Shown here: positions 48,019 to 60,130 of the stretch, in pieces
How the letters are laid out: the number at the start of each line of letters is the position of its first letter
Position numbering within the stretch: position 1 is the stretch's first letter
DNA from: Blepharisma stoltei ATCC 30299
Lineage: Eukaryota; Protista; Ciliophora
Direction: 5' to 3'
Assembly: GCA_965603825.1 (NCBI GenBank)
Contig: CBFDEM010000033.1
Location: 248,001-312,000 of the forward strand
Length of the DNA: 64,000 nucleotides
The notes under the pieces: generated by a model
What the model was told of the DNA's origin: nothing
Seen by the model: only the letters and a program-made list of their open reading frames with translations
Database searches by the model: none
Program-made: the position numbers and the translations under genes

Positions 48019-49359
48019 ATGTGGAGACGAATTTTGCTCTTTTTGACACTCAGCATTGCTATGGGTGCTAAACTTTCAGACCTAGTCACGAATCTCCCAG
48101 GGCTACCTGATACTCCAAACTTTGCAATTTATTCTGGCTATCTCTCTATCCCTAATTCCAATGGTAAAATGCTTCACTACATCATGGTTGAAAGCCAAAA
48201 CAACCCAGCCACAGATCCTCTTATATTATGGCTTAACGGAGGTCCCGGTTGCTCCTCAATGGATGGCCTTTTCTACGAGCATGGCCCTTACATTTTCCCA
48301 GCAACTTCAACTACTTTGGTAAGAAATCAGCATGCATGGAACACAAATGCAACTGTCATTTACATAGATTCTCCAGCTGGAGTTGGTTTTTCTGTCCTTG
48401 GAGACCCTGTGAATAACCAAACCAATGACTTAATCACAGCTCACGACACTTTGCAAGCTCTTTTGCAATTTTTCACTGAGTTTCCTGAATATAGGAAAAA
48501 CGATTTTTATGTTTCCGGAGAAAGCTATGCTGGAATATATGTCCCGACCTTAGTTTATAACATTTTGATGCACAACACTTACACTCCTTATCAAAGCATC
48601 AATTTAGTAGGCATGATGGTTGGAAATGGATGCACAGATTGGAATGTTGACACTACCCCAGCATTCGTAGAAATGGCATGGAGTCATATTCTTTTGGGTG
48701 GCTCTTGGTATACAAAGCTGCCTTATGACTGTGAGAATTGGGATAATTTCAATGGTGAAGCTTGTGATAACGATATTGACTATACCGTAGGGGTTTTACT
48801 TCAAAATGTCAATGTTTATGACATTTATGGGGAATGCATTCAGCATACTGGGGAAACTCATTTTGAAGACAACCAAGGAAAGTTAAGATTTTTGAGAGAT
48901 TCAGGGATGCTTGGGATTATCCCACCATGTGCAGCGTGGGTCGGAACTTATACATACTTAAGGAATCCACAAGTTTTGAACGCTCTGCATATCAATACCA
49001 CTTTGTCAAATCCGTGGTCATTGTGCTCAAATATTGATTATCAATCAGATTACTTGCATGGATCAATCTACACTTATCCATACATCATCCGCAGTGGAAT
49101 AAAAATCCTTGTATACTCAGGAGACACTGATGGAGCAGTTCCTACTATTGGAACAAGACAATGGATTAATAGTCTTAATTTAGGCTATCAACAGCAGTAC
49201 TCGCAATGGTATGTTGACGATCAAGTTGCAGGGTGGTATGAAATATATAATGGGCTTACTTTTGTAACAGTGAGAGGAGCAGGACATATGGTCCCTGAAT
49301 TTAAGCCTGCACAAGCTCATCATATGCTACTTGCTTTTCTTAATAACCAAAAGCCTTAG
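48019..49359 (+). CDS. Serine carboxypeptidase (S10 family), secreted/lysosomal
   Basis: WLNGGPGCSS, GESYAG, YSGDTD, GAGHMVP; signal peptide. Confidence 0.97.
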   Translation: MWRRILLFLTLSIAMGAKLSDLVTNLPGLPDTPNFAIYSGYLSIPNSNGKMLHYIMVESQNNPATDPLILWLNGGPGCSSMDGLFYEHGPYIFPATSTTLVRNQHAWNTNATVIYIDSPAGVGFSVLGDPVNNQTNDLITAHDTLQALLQFFTEFPEYRKNDFYVSGESYAGIYVPTLVYNILMHNTYTPYQSINLVGMMVGNGCTDWNVDTTPAFVEMAWSHILLGGSWYTKLPYDCENWDNFNGEACDNDIDYTVGVLLQNVNVYDIYGECIQHTGETHFEDNQGKLRFLRDSGMLGIIPPCAAWVGTYTYLRNPQVLNALHINTTLSNPWSLCSNIDYQSDYLHGSIYTYPYIIRSGIKILVYSGDTDGAVPTIGTRQWINSLNLGYQQQYSQWYVDDQVAGWYEIYNGLTFVTVRGAGHMVPEFKPAQAHHMLLAFLNNQKP

Positions 49360-49458
49360 TTGACTCTAAATTCTTTTATTAATAATAATGAGATAAAAAC
49401 AAACCACTATAAACCAATTAATATATAATACATATAAATAATCCAAGCATTTAAATAT

Positions 49459-50982
49459 TTATTTTTTCATATCTTTATAACTAGATGCTATATTTTGGAT
49501 ATAATCATAGTTTTCTGACTTCCTTGAATCTTGCAGGCTATCTAGCTTAAGTTTCGGCATCATCCTTCCAGGGGGAGTCATGACATTTTTAATTTCTTGA
49601 TTGCTTTCATTCACTTGATTCGCTGAATTAAATTCATGAATCTGCTGGAATCTCTCTTCGACCACTTTTTGCAGTTCAATATATATTTTGGAAGTAGCAT
49701 GGGCCATATTTGCTTCAATTTCATGCAATAAATGACGTGAGAGCTGGTCCACTTTATGCTTTACTTCTTCCTGAATCTCTTGTGAGCTAATTGTATCAAG
49801 TTTTTGTGATAATCTTTCTATTTCTCTGTCAATTTGCGAATACATTTCACTTTGCAAGTCCTCAGATGAAAAAGATCGTCTGAGTTGGTCTTTATTGACG
49901 GCATACGGCATTTTGTTTAGCCTGTCATAAACTTTAGGCTGTTCTAATGATTGAAGCTTAGGCAGTCCTCTTTTTGCTTGGAATGAAATTTGAAGTGGTG
50001 GCTGGTTATATGAAGCTTGAGGAATTGCCATTCCTCCTTGCTCACATTGGGTATCTAGTGCTTGCACAAGTTTTGAGCCCATATTTTCATACAGTTGCTG
50101 TAGATTTTGTGCAAGCTTATTGTGAATCTGGGTATGCATCAGTTCATAAGCTTTCACAATTTCAGAATTTATAGTCCTTTTAATCCTATTCAAGCAGTTC
50201 TCAGCAGACCTGCAAGCTAGAGTTGTTGTGCTGGCTTTTATGTGCCTTTCTAGCTCATCTTTGAATTTTGATACTCTGTCTTCAGGCTCAGAGTCTAAAT
50301 TAAGTGACTGGTAAATTGCTGCAGGATGCACATCTCGCTTGGGGGTTGTTTCCCTTGATTTTTGAGGAGTTGTAACTCGTTTAGGAGTTGGATCTCTTGA
50401 TCTCTGAGGAGAAACTCCTGCTTTTGTCCTCACAGGTGATTTTCTGCTTTTCACGCTTTTTTCTTCCACTGGTTCAGGTGCTAAAATCGCTTTAATTTTT
50501 TCATCTTTGCATCTTGAAATACAGTCTTTTCCAAACTAATTAGTAATTACTGAGTCTTTATGTTTAGGATCTGCGCCATGTTCAAGCAAAAATTGAATAG
50601 TAGCTGGGTAAGAATGATAAACAGCGATCATCAAAGGAGTCCACCCACGCTGGTCATATGCATCAATATCTGCATTAAAATTCAAAAGCTCTTTGATCAC
50701 TTCAATTTGATTATGCCAAGCCGCGATAAACAAAATAGTTTGCCCTGACTAAATATCTCTTACATTATTCCTCGCGTTCACATCTGCTCCGTTCTTTATA
50801 AGTTCTTTCGCAACTGCTAAATGCCCGCTTTTGGCTGCCAATGCAAGTGCTGTGTATCCACTTTCATTCTTTTGATTTATTTGGGATTTTGGCAAAAACT
50901 GCTTGACCCTTTCCAAGTTTCCCTCTTCAGCTGCAATCATAAGAGGTGTGTATCCACCTGTTACATAGCCTAGTTTTGACAT
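49459..50982 (-). CDS. Ankyrin-repeat protein (2 introns)
   Basis: GYTPLMIAA, GYTALALAA, GWTPLMIA; introns 50749-50763 and 50536-50550 join three ORFs. Confidence 0.88.
50536..50550 (-). other. 15-nt intron
   Basis: GTAATTACTAATTAG. Confidence 0.9.
50749..50763 (-). other. 15-nt intron
   Basis: GTAAGAGATATTTAG. Confidence 0.9.
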
Positions 50983-51015
50983 TAATTAAGAAATTAACTG
51001 AAACCATAATTAAAG

Positions 51016-51525
51016 TTAAGCCTTTGTTCTTTTTTGTCTGCGAGCTTCTTGCTGTTCTTTAAGGTTCTTTTCTCTGATTGCGTTGGCTTTAGCTTTGAAG
51101 ATGGAATCCATAAGAACTCTCTTGTTCTTGTACATATTTCCTTTGGCTCCCACGTAAAAATCGTGATAAAGAGTTTTGTCGATTTTTGTGCTGGCTCTGT
51201 ATTTTCTTAAGAGTCTTCTTAAAACTCTTTGACGCCTCATCCACATGATCTTTTCTGGCATTCTAGCTTCAGCTGTACCTTTTCTTTTGCCGAGACCGGT
51301 GTGTCTGCCTTTTTTAACACTTTCTTTGAAGAGGTTGGCTCGGACTCGGGAGTGGATTGCTTGAGGAGTTTTGACGATGAAGCCATCCTTTACGAGTTTG
51401 CGAATGTTTTGACGAGAGTTGGCTAAGGAAATTTCTTGAATTTCATTTGGATCCATCCATACACGTCGTTTACCACATTTCAGAACACTTGCAGCCAGAC
51501 GCTTTTGGAGCCTGAGAGTGACCAT
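51016..51525 (-). CDS. RPL19: 60S ribosomal protein eL19
   Basis: [32 protein letters not shown]. Confidence 0.98.
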   Translation of the reverse strand: MVTLRLQKRLAASVLKCGKRRVWMDPNEIQEISLANSRQNIRKLVKDGFIVKTPQAIHSRVRANLFKESVKKGRHTGLGKRKGTAEARMPEKIMWMRRQRVLRRLLRKYRASTKIDKTLYHDFYVGAKGNMYKNKRVLMDSIFKAKANAIREKNLKEQQEARRQKRTKA

Positions 51526-51781
51526 ATTTTATGGTATAAAGACATTATGACTTTATTCACTTTTCTGCTTTTTAAAGTTGTGAGTTCTTTATTGCTTTTA
51601 GCACTCAGTTATATCGATGAAATTAATTTATGAAAGCTTTATCTGAAAATCACAGTAATTTCTATTCTTTTTGATATAATGGATTTTATAAAATGAATAA
51701 TCCTTTAAAGATGCTTTAGGCCAGTCATTAATTATTTTGACGAATCTTTTATTTAATTTTCGCATATCATTTTATTTAATA

Positions 51782-52657
51782 ATGGCTAAATTAGAAAACT
51801 ATCAAAATTTGACTAAAACTCATAAAGGTATAGTCTAGCCAGATATCCTTGATAATGGATTTTGCTATAAAAAAGACGTTCAGGTAAATTTATACGCCAA
51901 CATAATTGGTAAACTCCCTGGAAAGCTTTCAATTTGGCATTTGGAAAAAGACCCTTTCAAAAAAGTCTCAGCATTTTCTAGACTATCCTATCAATATGAT
52001 GATTTAACATTTAAAAACCAACTCAACACCTTTTTAAATCATAAATTCATCTGTGAATTTGCTCCTTCTGATAACCAAAATGTAAAATTAAGGGCAGAGC
52101 TCAACTCAAATCTTAGAGAATCCTATTTCAATAGAAATAGTCTTATTTTAGACTGCAATTACCCTAATTTCAATGGATCTTTATCTATCACAAACAATTG
52201 CATCCTTAAACTGACTAGTGTCATTGGCTCAAAGTTTGGAATTGGCTTTGACGCTGCTTATGATGCATTGAAGCCTCATTTCCCAATTTATAATGGAGCA
52301 TTATGGTGGAAGAACGATAGTTTTAACGTGGTTGTTAAACACCAAAGCATGAATCAAGATATATATGAATTAGGAACAGTATATGTCTATGGCTTTACAG
52401 AGCTAAACAAAACAAAAATAGCTTGTGAGATGAAAAAAGAGCCTAATAAAGACCCTGAGTTGAGATTTGCGTTAATGAGGAACCTAACTAAAAATAGTTC
52501 AGCTAAATTTAGACTGGCAGGAAATGAAGTAGCAGGATCTTTGAAAGTAAAAGTGAATCCACATTTAACAGTCATCACATCAGCGAATTTAAGAAATATG
52601 CCGCTATTGAGCCCAGAAAATACAGAATTTGGAGTAAAATTGAAATTGAACTTTTAG
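51782..52657 (+). CDS. VDAC: Mitochondrial porin (VDAC-like), one intron
   Basis: N-terminal helix YQNLTKTHK^DILDNGF, alternating beta strands, beta-signal FGVKLKLNF. Confidence 0.7.
51828..51842 (+). other. 15-nt intron (CAG acceptor)
   Basis: GTATAGTCTAGCCAG, contains an in-frame TAG. Confidence 0.8.
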
Positions 52658-52672
52658 TTTTTAAAATCATAA

Positions 52673-53506
52673 CTATTTCTTAGTCTTATTGGTAATTAAT
52701 GAGTGCAAAGAAAGCACAGTTCTTGTAATTGAAGCCAAATAAAGCGATAGATAGCTATTATTCTCATCAACTGCAAATGCTTGATTCAACACGCTTGTAT
52801 TTGGCAAAAGATTTAGAACTTCTTGAAGCTTGTGGAAAATTTCATTATTCGCTTTGCGCCCATCAAGAACTTCTTGAAGATAATCTTGGATTTCTGTAAG
52901 TCTGCTTAACATTGCTTTAAGAGCTGCTATTTTATGCTGAGTTTCTGTAGCTAAGCTAGTTGCAGCTACATCTCTAACATCTCTCAGCAAATGTTCAACT
53001 CCTACATCTTCTGCTTCTGAAGCTCCTAGCATTGTAGGCACATGAACGAAATTCTTCACAATATTTCCATCCTCATTCACATCTTCTTTAGAATAATATG
53101 CCTGCGCAGGAAGTTCCAAAGTTTCTGCAGCTTTCACATCTATGACAACTAATATAGGATTTGGCACGTATTGCTTGAAGCTTTCATTTATTTGGATGTC
53201 AGGTGCTTTTACGCCTGGCCCGGTGCTATACCAGCCTACAATTTTTTCACGAGCGTTGATTCTCTTATACATTCCAAACATTTCATCGAGATAATTGTGA
53301 TCCAAAAACCACACTTTGGCGTCTTGGGAGTCTTCTTCAAAGGGAACTGCGAATGAGTTTGAAACATCAAGGCGGCCTTTCCAGACTTCGCCTAATAGGA
53401 CTCCAGCAACTCTTTTATTGCTCATCTCTTTGGCAACTCTGTTGAAATGATCGACGACGGATAAAAGGACTAAAGGATGCACGACGACCTCTTCTATTTT
53501 TTGCAT
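52673..53506 (-). CDS. RPN8: 26S proteasome regulatory subunit Rpn8 / PSMD7
   Basis: VVVHPLVLLSVVDH, NSFAVPFEED, VGWYSTGP, EAEDVGVEHLLRDV. Confidence 0.97.
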   Translation of the reverse strand: MQKIEEVVVHPLVLLSVVDHFNRVAKEMSNKRVAGVLLGEVWKGRLDVSNSFAVPFEEDSQDAKVWFLDHNYLDEMFGMYKRINAREKIVGWYSTGPGVKAPDIQINESFKQYVPNPILVVIDVKAAETLELPAQAYYSKEDVNEDGNIVKNFVHVPTMLGASEAEDVGVEHLLRDVRDVAATSLATETQHKIAALKAMLSRLTEIQDYLQEVLDGRKANNEIFHKLQEVLNLLPNTSVLNQAFAVDENNSYLSLYLASITRTVLSLHSLITNKTKK

Positions 53507-53540
53507 TTTTATTAAGAAATGTTTTTATATAAATTGGGAA

Positions 53541-55364
53541 TTATTTCATTTTAAGCTTGAGCTTGCTTTTTGCTGCTTCAATTTTTCAGGCTCGGAATAA
53601 GAGACTGAGGACAATGGATTTGGAAAACATGCGTGATCTACAAGAAAATATAGTTTTTTGATATTTTTCTATTGTAGAATGGGAAAGATTAGAGGAAGAT
53701 TTAATGGGGGTTGGGTTTTGATGCTGAAATTTGAATTTTTCAAAGACTTCTTTTATTTGGAGAATTGAAGGTTGAGCAGGATCATTTTTGGAGCTAGTAG
53801 AATCGAAGTCTGAGGGATTGAGAGTTAATTTTTTAACTACTCTAACCGGTTTAGGGTTTTGAGAAAGGGGTATTTTCATAGATGCTGGGACAGGTAAAGG
53901 CGAAGATCTTATGATCTCTATTGAAGATTTTGCTATCTGTGTATCAATTGATTTTTCAATTTTGATATCAGATAGTGCTAACGATATTGTTTCTTCAAAT
54001 TTTCCTTCTTTTTGCAAATGTTCAGTATTTATAGATTTAACTGTTGAACTATTTGTGCTTGCATTATTGTTTATTTCTGTTTTTATATCTATTTTTATTT
54101 CCTTTTCTTCTGATTTATCATTATTTGATTTAGATTGCTTTTCATTATTTTTTAATATCTGGCATTCTTTTATTTCCATTTTTGAGCCAGCTTCTACACC
54201 TTTTGTCTGCTCTTTTAAAAGAAGATCTGTTTCTCTCTCTTCTTGCACACTCATTGCTTTCCCTTCTGATTTATTACTTTCCTTTTCCTTAAGATCTGTT
54301 AAAGCTTTAGAATCATTTCAAATTAACTCATTACCATTTTTTGCAGTTTTTGATAATAAATTATCAACTTTTTGTAAACTATCTCGCCTTTCATTAGCTG
54401 AGCCATTTTCCTCAGCCAAGCATATAGTGATTGATCGCTTTGCTTTTCGACTACTATGCCTTCCTTTACCTATATGGCCTTTATTATTTTTAATTTGTGA
54501 GCTTTTTATATCTTTTAAATTGATGGCAACACTCATAATTTCATTTGTGACAAGTCTTTCAGTCTCCAAAAAATCCGATAATTCTACTTTTTCAGCTAAT
54601 ATTCTATTATTTACTTCATCTATCTTATATTTAGGTGGTGATTTATTTTCAGGAACAGGCATAGTGTTTGATCGTGATAAATTTATTTTTGATTTTTTCT
54701 CCACGATTTTTGTAGCATTTTTGGATAATCTTGTTTGATTTACTTCTCTTAAAATAGGATTTGCACTTGAATTTCTTGATTTCGCTGGAGGCACAGGAGA
54801 GCTTTCTCGTCTTGGAGATGAGCTGCAGTATCTCTCAGTATTGCCTTTTTGCTTCAAGGTTTCCAAAGCTTCTTTTATATTTAAATCCAACTCAGTATTG
54901 TGATCTCCTTCAGTGTCTTGTTGTGGGCTATTAAGTAAAGAGATAGTGCTTAGCTTTAGTGTACTTACTCTGGGCTTATGTGTTTGGTCAGTGGATATTA
55001 TATTTAAGTTATGGGTACTTTTGCAAGGATATGAAATATGGATAAAAAATTTCTTTATGCGTTCTCTCAGTTGGGCAGTGTCCTGAAAATGATGAGATGC
55101 AATTTTAATAAGAATTTCTTCAAATTGATTAAAATCCAACGAAGCCTTTGACAGTGAGGCTGTTCCAACAGATTTTGTAGCTAATGTTCTGAGGTCTGGT
55201 TGAGATATTAAATCCTAATTAGATACTACAGGAGAGATTCTTAGAATTTTGCAGAGCTTTTGTAGCTCTAAAAGTGATATTTTTCCATCCGATCCTTTGT
55301 GCTTATTAAATAATGATTTGATTTTTGCTTTATTCAGCTCGAATAAGATAAAATCAGTGTTCAT
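53541..55364 (-). CDS. Hypothetical protein with N-terminal EF-hand/p25-like domain and low-complexity tail
   Basis: ATG 55364, intron 55215-55229, TGA=Trp 54318 and 53586, TAA 53541. Confidence 0.7.
55215..55229 (-). other. 15-nt intron
   Basis: GTAGTATCTAATTAG. Confidence 0.85.
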
Positions 55365-55446
55365 TTATATGAGATAATAATATATTTTTCAAGCAACTAT
55401 GTCAATAATTTTCAAATAATAAATGTAATTTAGAATTGCGAACAAT

Positions 55447-56685
55447 ATGTCAATTTCATCAAGAAATAAATCACCGTTTTCGAAGCAAATCTCAAATATT
55501 TTACTAATATCTTCGCATCCATCATACACACAAATTTTCGAATATGCAGATAAAGTTATTATCCCAAAGTCTGTATTCCAAGGAATTAGAAGGGTCAAAT
55601 GTCCGTTTCCTCCAGTAATCTTGCTGACTTCGCTCAGATATAAATTCATTCCTGTACAGTGTGGATGCCTAGAAGATACTTGCCAAGAAGATTATATATA
55701 TTGTCCTTTATGAATTATGAATAGGCTAGGTTTCAGGTCTAAGCATAATACTAAATGCGGGATTTTACTTGAAATTCTTCCTTTGAATTCTCAGCATTAT
55801 TATATTTATCCAAGCTTGTCAATTATCTCTATATATGTTCCTGAAAAAATTGATGAAGATGAAATAAAGCACGCGCTGATGAATTATACGGTGGCAAGAA
55901 AAGAAGAATGAATAAAAGTAAAAGATATTTAGCTATTTCTGAGGAATAAAGAAGTTAAAGTATATATTGCTGATGTTTGTCCTGGAAATATATCAATAAT
56001 TAATTCAGCTGATTTTGAGATTTTATTTGTCGAAGAGCCGAGCAGTTCAAAAACTTCTATAAGAGAAAGGCTAGAAGCGTTTGAGAAAAAACATTTAAAA
56101 GTTACTGAAAATTTTGGAATTCCTGATTTGCCTCTTCAAACACAAAAACTCTGCTTTTTAAATAGCTTTAAAAAGAATCTTAAGAAAAAAGGGAGAAAAT
56201 CCAAAAATATCAAAGAAAAATTAAAGCCGACTCCAACTTCATTGAATGTAAAGCGATACTCAATCAAAAAATCTGGACTAGACTTTCAATTTAGCAGACA
56301 TGACTTTACGGACTCAACATTAAAGCAATATAAAAAGCATTCAGATATTGCTATTGGCACAGAAATAGAAGATCTATTTCCTTTAGAAGAAGTCAGCAAC
56401 TATCGCAATCAGGAGCAAAGTCGCAATTTATGAACAAGAGAAAGTGTCGAGCCATTTGATGATGCTGTATATTTTCTAAAAGGAACTTTAAATGCAGCCA
56501 AGCAATCCTCGCAGTCTCCTACTCTTCCTGCTTTAAAGCCAGCTAACCGCCCATATTCGATAACACCTACAAGGACTGTTTTGCATATTTATAAAAACCG
56601 AAGCGTGACACCGACCCAGCTAAGCACCCAGAAGCAGCTATCATTGAACAATGAACTGTATTTTAATTCTTTCAAAAATTTTTAG
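55447..56685 (+). CDS. Divergent UFD1-domain protein
   Basis: DKVIIPKS...QCGCLE...IYCPL[W]IMNRLG...ALMNYTV; three TGA=Trp; intron 55918-55932. Confidence 0.7.
55918..55932 (+). other. 15-nt intron
   Basis: GTAAAAGATATTTAG. Confidence 0.85.
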
Positions 56686-56862
56686 ATCATACGAATTTGT
56701 TAAGATTTGTGTTTACGTCATAAGCACTAAAAAATGAAAAAAAAATTTTGTATAAATAAATTATTTTAATAATTAAAACACAAATTATTATTGTAGAATT
56801 TGCAAGCATTTAAATTAATTTAATTTGCTATAATTTTTATATTAAAATATATAAATTTATAA

Positions 56863-58269
56863 TTAGTATTTCACATTTCTAAATTGGTTAAAAAGTACTT
56901 TAAGCTTTCCTTCATTGGCTACAAGCACAATGTGGCCTATAATTAAATCGTTGTCTATATTAGTGATCAATTGTTGTGCTCTTTTGACAACTATTTCAGG
57001 TGCAAAAATTCCATGAACCGCATTTTTAAAATCTCCAATCTTAAAGTATTCATAGCTGCTATTTTTAACAGTTTTTCTCCTTCCCACAATAGGATTCAAG
57101 CATGGAACCCAGCTGGAAAACGTATTTCAAATGCAAACTTTTCCATTTTCTGATCCAGATATCAAATGCATATTATTATGCGAAAAACTCGCTTTAATCG
57201 GAAATTTCTCATTTTTACAGCCTTTATATTTCTGTTTTATATTAAAATCTTCCAAACTGTAAAGCCTTATTCTTGAGTCATTTGTAGACACAATAAATTG
57301 CTGATCATCTAAAAAGTCAAAACCTGTAATTTTTCTTCCAGCTTTTTTCCTTCCTTTTCTATTTTTACATTGAATTTGTGTAAGAAAGGCTAATTTCATC
57401 TCTTGGAAATTGGTTTCATATATCATGCATTGCCCATGTGAAAGCCCAAGTAGTAGAAAATGCCCTTGAGGACTGAAAGTTGCCGCTGTAATAAAATCTG
57501 GAGCTTGATAGCAGCACTCTACCGAATAATTCGGAATATTTCAAATTCTGACTATCCGATCGAAACATCCAGTTAGGAAATAATTCGCATTCTCTGGATG
57601 AAAGCATACACTGCTTACAATTTGGGGATGCTTAAATTCCAGAGCTGGAGTTTTATTATCAATTCTTCATAGATAAACCATACAGTCAGCACCAGCTGAT
57701 ATCAAAAATGTTGAGCTTCTTGACCATGACAGATCTATTACAGGCTGGGTATGTCCTTCCAAAACATTATATGTGACATCGTTAAATAGACTTAAAGAAT
57801 CGCTTGAAAAGTGGCATGCGACTTCATAGAGTTTTATAAGCGGATCATCGCCTGCTACTGCAAGATATTTCCCATCAGGACTAAATTTGAGTACCCATGT
57901 TCTAAGTGCTGAATCTTGATTTATACAGATTTCTTGCACGATTTCTAGTCCTCCAAATTCGTAGGAGTCTTTTCGATTTTTTCTTATAAGGCTTTTAGAA
58001 GATCATGAAAAAAGCATTGCTTGGTCGACTTCTTTATGAGACGAATAATCTGTCGAATATTGAGAGTTCGAGTTAAGGGTTGGTTTGTTTTCGCTAAATT
58101 TTTCTCCGGTTTGAGAATAAAAAGGAGTGATATCAGCGTCTATTTTTGATGATGGCTCTTTGAGAGAATCAAAAGACGACGTTCTCTTGATAAGAGGAGG
58201 GAAACCAAGCTGATCTTTGGTTTCGACGGCATCAACAAATTCTTCATCACTCGCTCCTGGGGTTTCCAT
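56863..58269 (-). CDS. WDR44: WDR44-like WD40 protein, 468 aa
   Basis: LKFSPDGKYLAVAG, GHTQPVIDLSWS, FKHP..V..V.FHP, KITG, STNDSRIRLY; four TGA=Trp, three at WD-repeat ends. Confidence 0.85.
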
Positions 58270-59015
58270 ATTATAAAAATTATAATGCATTAATTCATCC
58301 TAAATGCAATTTGAAGATATTTTGATTATAAAGAAAAGAAAATATGTTTTTGAATAAGAAAAAATGCACATATAAAGCAAGAAGCCATAATTATCATATG
58401 ATTTAATGCTATGAAAATTTATTAAAAAGATGAAGTTAGGACAAGAAAATTTATAGTCTTTTTTTGATAAAAATCTTTTGTTAGTGTCATCTCTTTTCAT
58501 ATTTTTCAATCTTTTTGTCTATTACAAAATATTTATTTATATGAAACTCTACTTAAAATCGAAAAAAGAAGAATAATAAATATTTTAAGATTGTCAACTA
58601 TAAAATATATATGCTTATTTTATCTTCAAAATCTCATTATAACCCATTAAATGTTTAAGTGCTTAATGATAAATCAATAAAGGCATTTACTTGAAAGTCA
58701 ATATAAAATTTTTTATAAATTAACAATTGAAAAAGAATTTGAAATCTGAAGCATAAGGCTTTAATTTTTCTTCTATGGCGTAAAAATAGCTCTATAGCTT
58801 TTTACTATATAATTAAATCTTTTTCATTTAAATATATTTAAAAATGAGGATTAACTTTAAATAGTCAACCTCAAACTCTTGATATTGGCTCAATATCATT
58901 TTAACAAATAAATATCTATAAGCGCATAATTATTTTCATAAAAACATTCTGACATTTTTTTCTTAAAGCTTTCTTCAATCCAAATTAGATTGATTTTAGC
59001 CAATAAATTTCTAAT

Positions 59016-60005
59016 ATGGCTTTCCGAAAGATCTTAAAAAACATAAAATCATCAAATCTGCCAACCTTTCCAAAATCAGGATTCGCAACACATCAGCATA
59101 GTCTCAACACTGCAGATATTTGTGAAAAGCTCTTACCCTCAGTATTCCGAATCATGGTGCTCAGTCCTAAAACCAATATGCTAATGGGTCTTGGTTCAGG
59201 ATTTTTTATAAAACCAGATGGGACAGCTATCACTTCATATCATGTTCTTGGACCCCAATATAACATGGTCGCAAGGCTAGACAATGATGAGGAAAAAGAG
59301 ACATTTTTGATTCATTACCACAAACAAACAGACATCGCTATTGTTAAAGTCCAAGTCGACGGTGAAGTCCCATATGTAGAATTCGGAGATTCTAATAAAT
59401 TGAGGAGAGGACAAGGAGTAATCCATATGGGAGCTACATATAGAAGTGATCACAATGATTTCGATATTGGATGGGTTAATAGAGTAAAAGTAGAGACTCC
59501 ACCTTGGCTTGATAGTTATTTGCCATCAGATATCTCGCCTTCTGATTCTGGACTGAGTTTTATAAAAACAACTGGATTCATGAGGTCTGGATATTCTGGA
59601 GGTCCATTAGTTAATTTAGATGGAAAAGTTGTTGGATTAACGACAAAAGTGTTTGTTGAGACTCATAAGACTGGCCCTGAAGTAGAAGGAGCTTCTATAC
59701 CTATTAATTTTGTTAAAACAATTATAGACCAGCTTGAAACAAAAGGAAAAGTTGAGCGGCCATTTATTGGCCTTTCATTTGTACCAACTTCAATGGGGCT
59801 AGTTGTTACCCACGTTCAAAATGATACACCTGCACAAAAGGCTGGAATCCAGCCAGGAGATATTCTGATTTATGCAGAAAATACTCCTCTTCAAAATGCA
59901 GAAGACTTATATAGAGTAATTGGATTTCAGCTAGGATCAACTATTCAAGTAAAAGCGCAGAGAGGAGGAGAAGCTCATGTAGTAGAATTTAAAATACAAA
60001 CTTAA
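59016..60005 (+). CDS. HtrA/DegP-family serine protease with PDZ domain, probable mitochondrial targeting
   Basis: GLGSGF, TSYHV, DIA, GYSGGPLVN; PAQKAGIQPGD PDZ. Confidence 0.92.
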   Translation: MAFRKILKNIKSSNLPTFPKSGFATHQHSLNTADICEKLLPSVFRIMVLSPKTNMLMGLGSGFFIKPDGTAITSYHVLGPQYNMVARLDNDEEKETFLIHYHKQTDIAIVKVQVDGEVPYVEFGDSNKLRRGQGVIHMGATYRSDHNDFDIGWVNRVKVETPPWLDSYLPSDISPSDSGLSFIKTTGFMRSGYSGGPLVNLDGKVVGLTTKVFVETHKTGPEVEGASIPINFVKTIIDQLETKGKVERPFIGLSFVPTSMGLVVTHVQNDTPAQKAGIQPGDILIYAENTPLQNAEDLYRVIGFQLGSTIQVKAQRGGEAHVVEFKIQT

Positions 60006-60130
60006 TTCAAATCGCCTATTTGTAGAAATAGAATACTTCTGAAAATATCCTTATTATCGCAGCTTAATTAATAAAAATAATTAATATTTAATCACACTAT
60101 TAATTATAAATAATCGACTTAGGCAATAAA

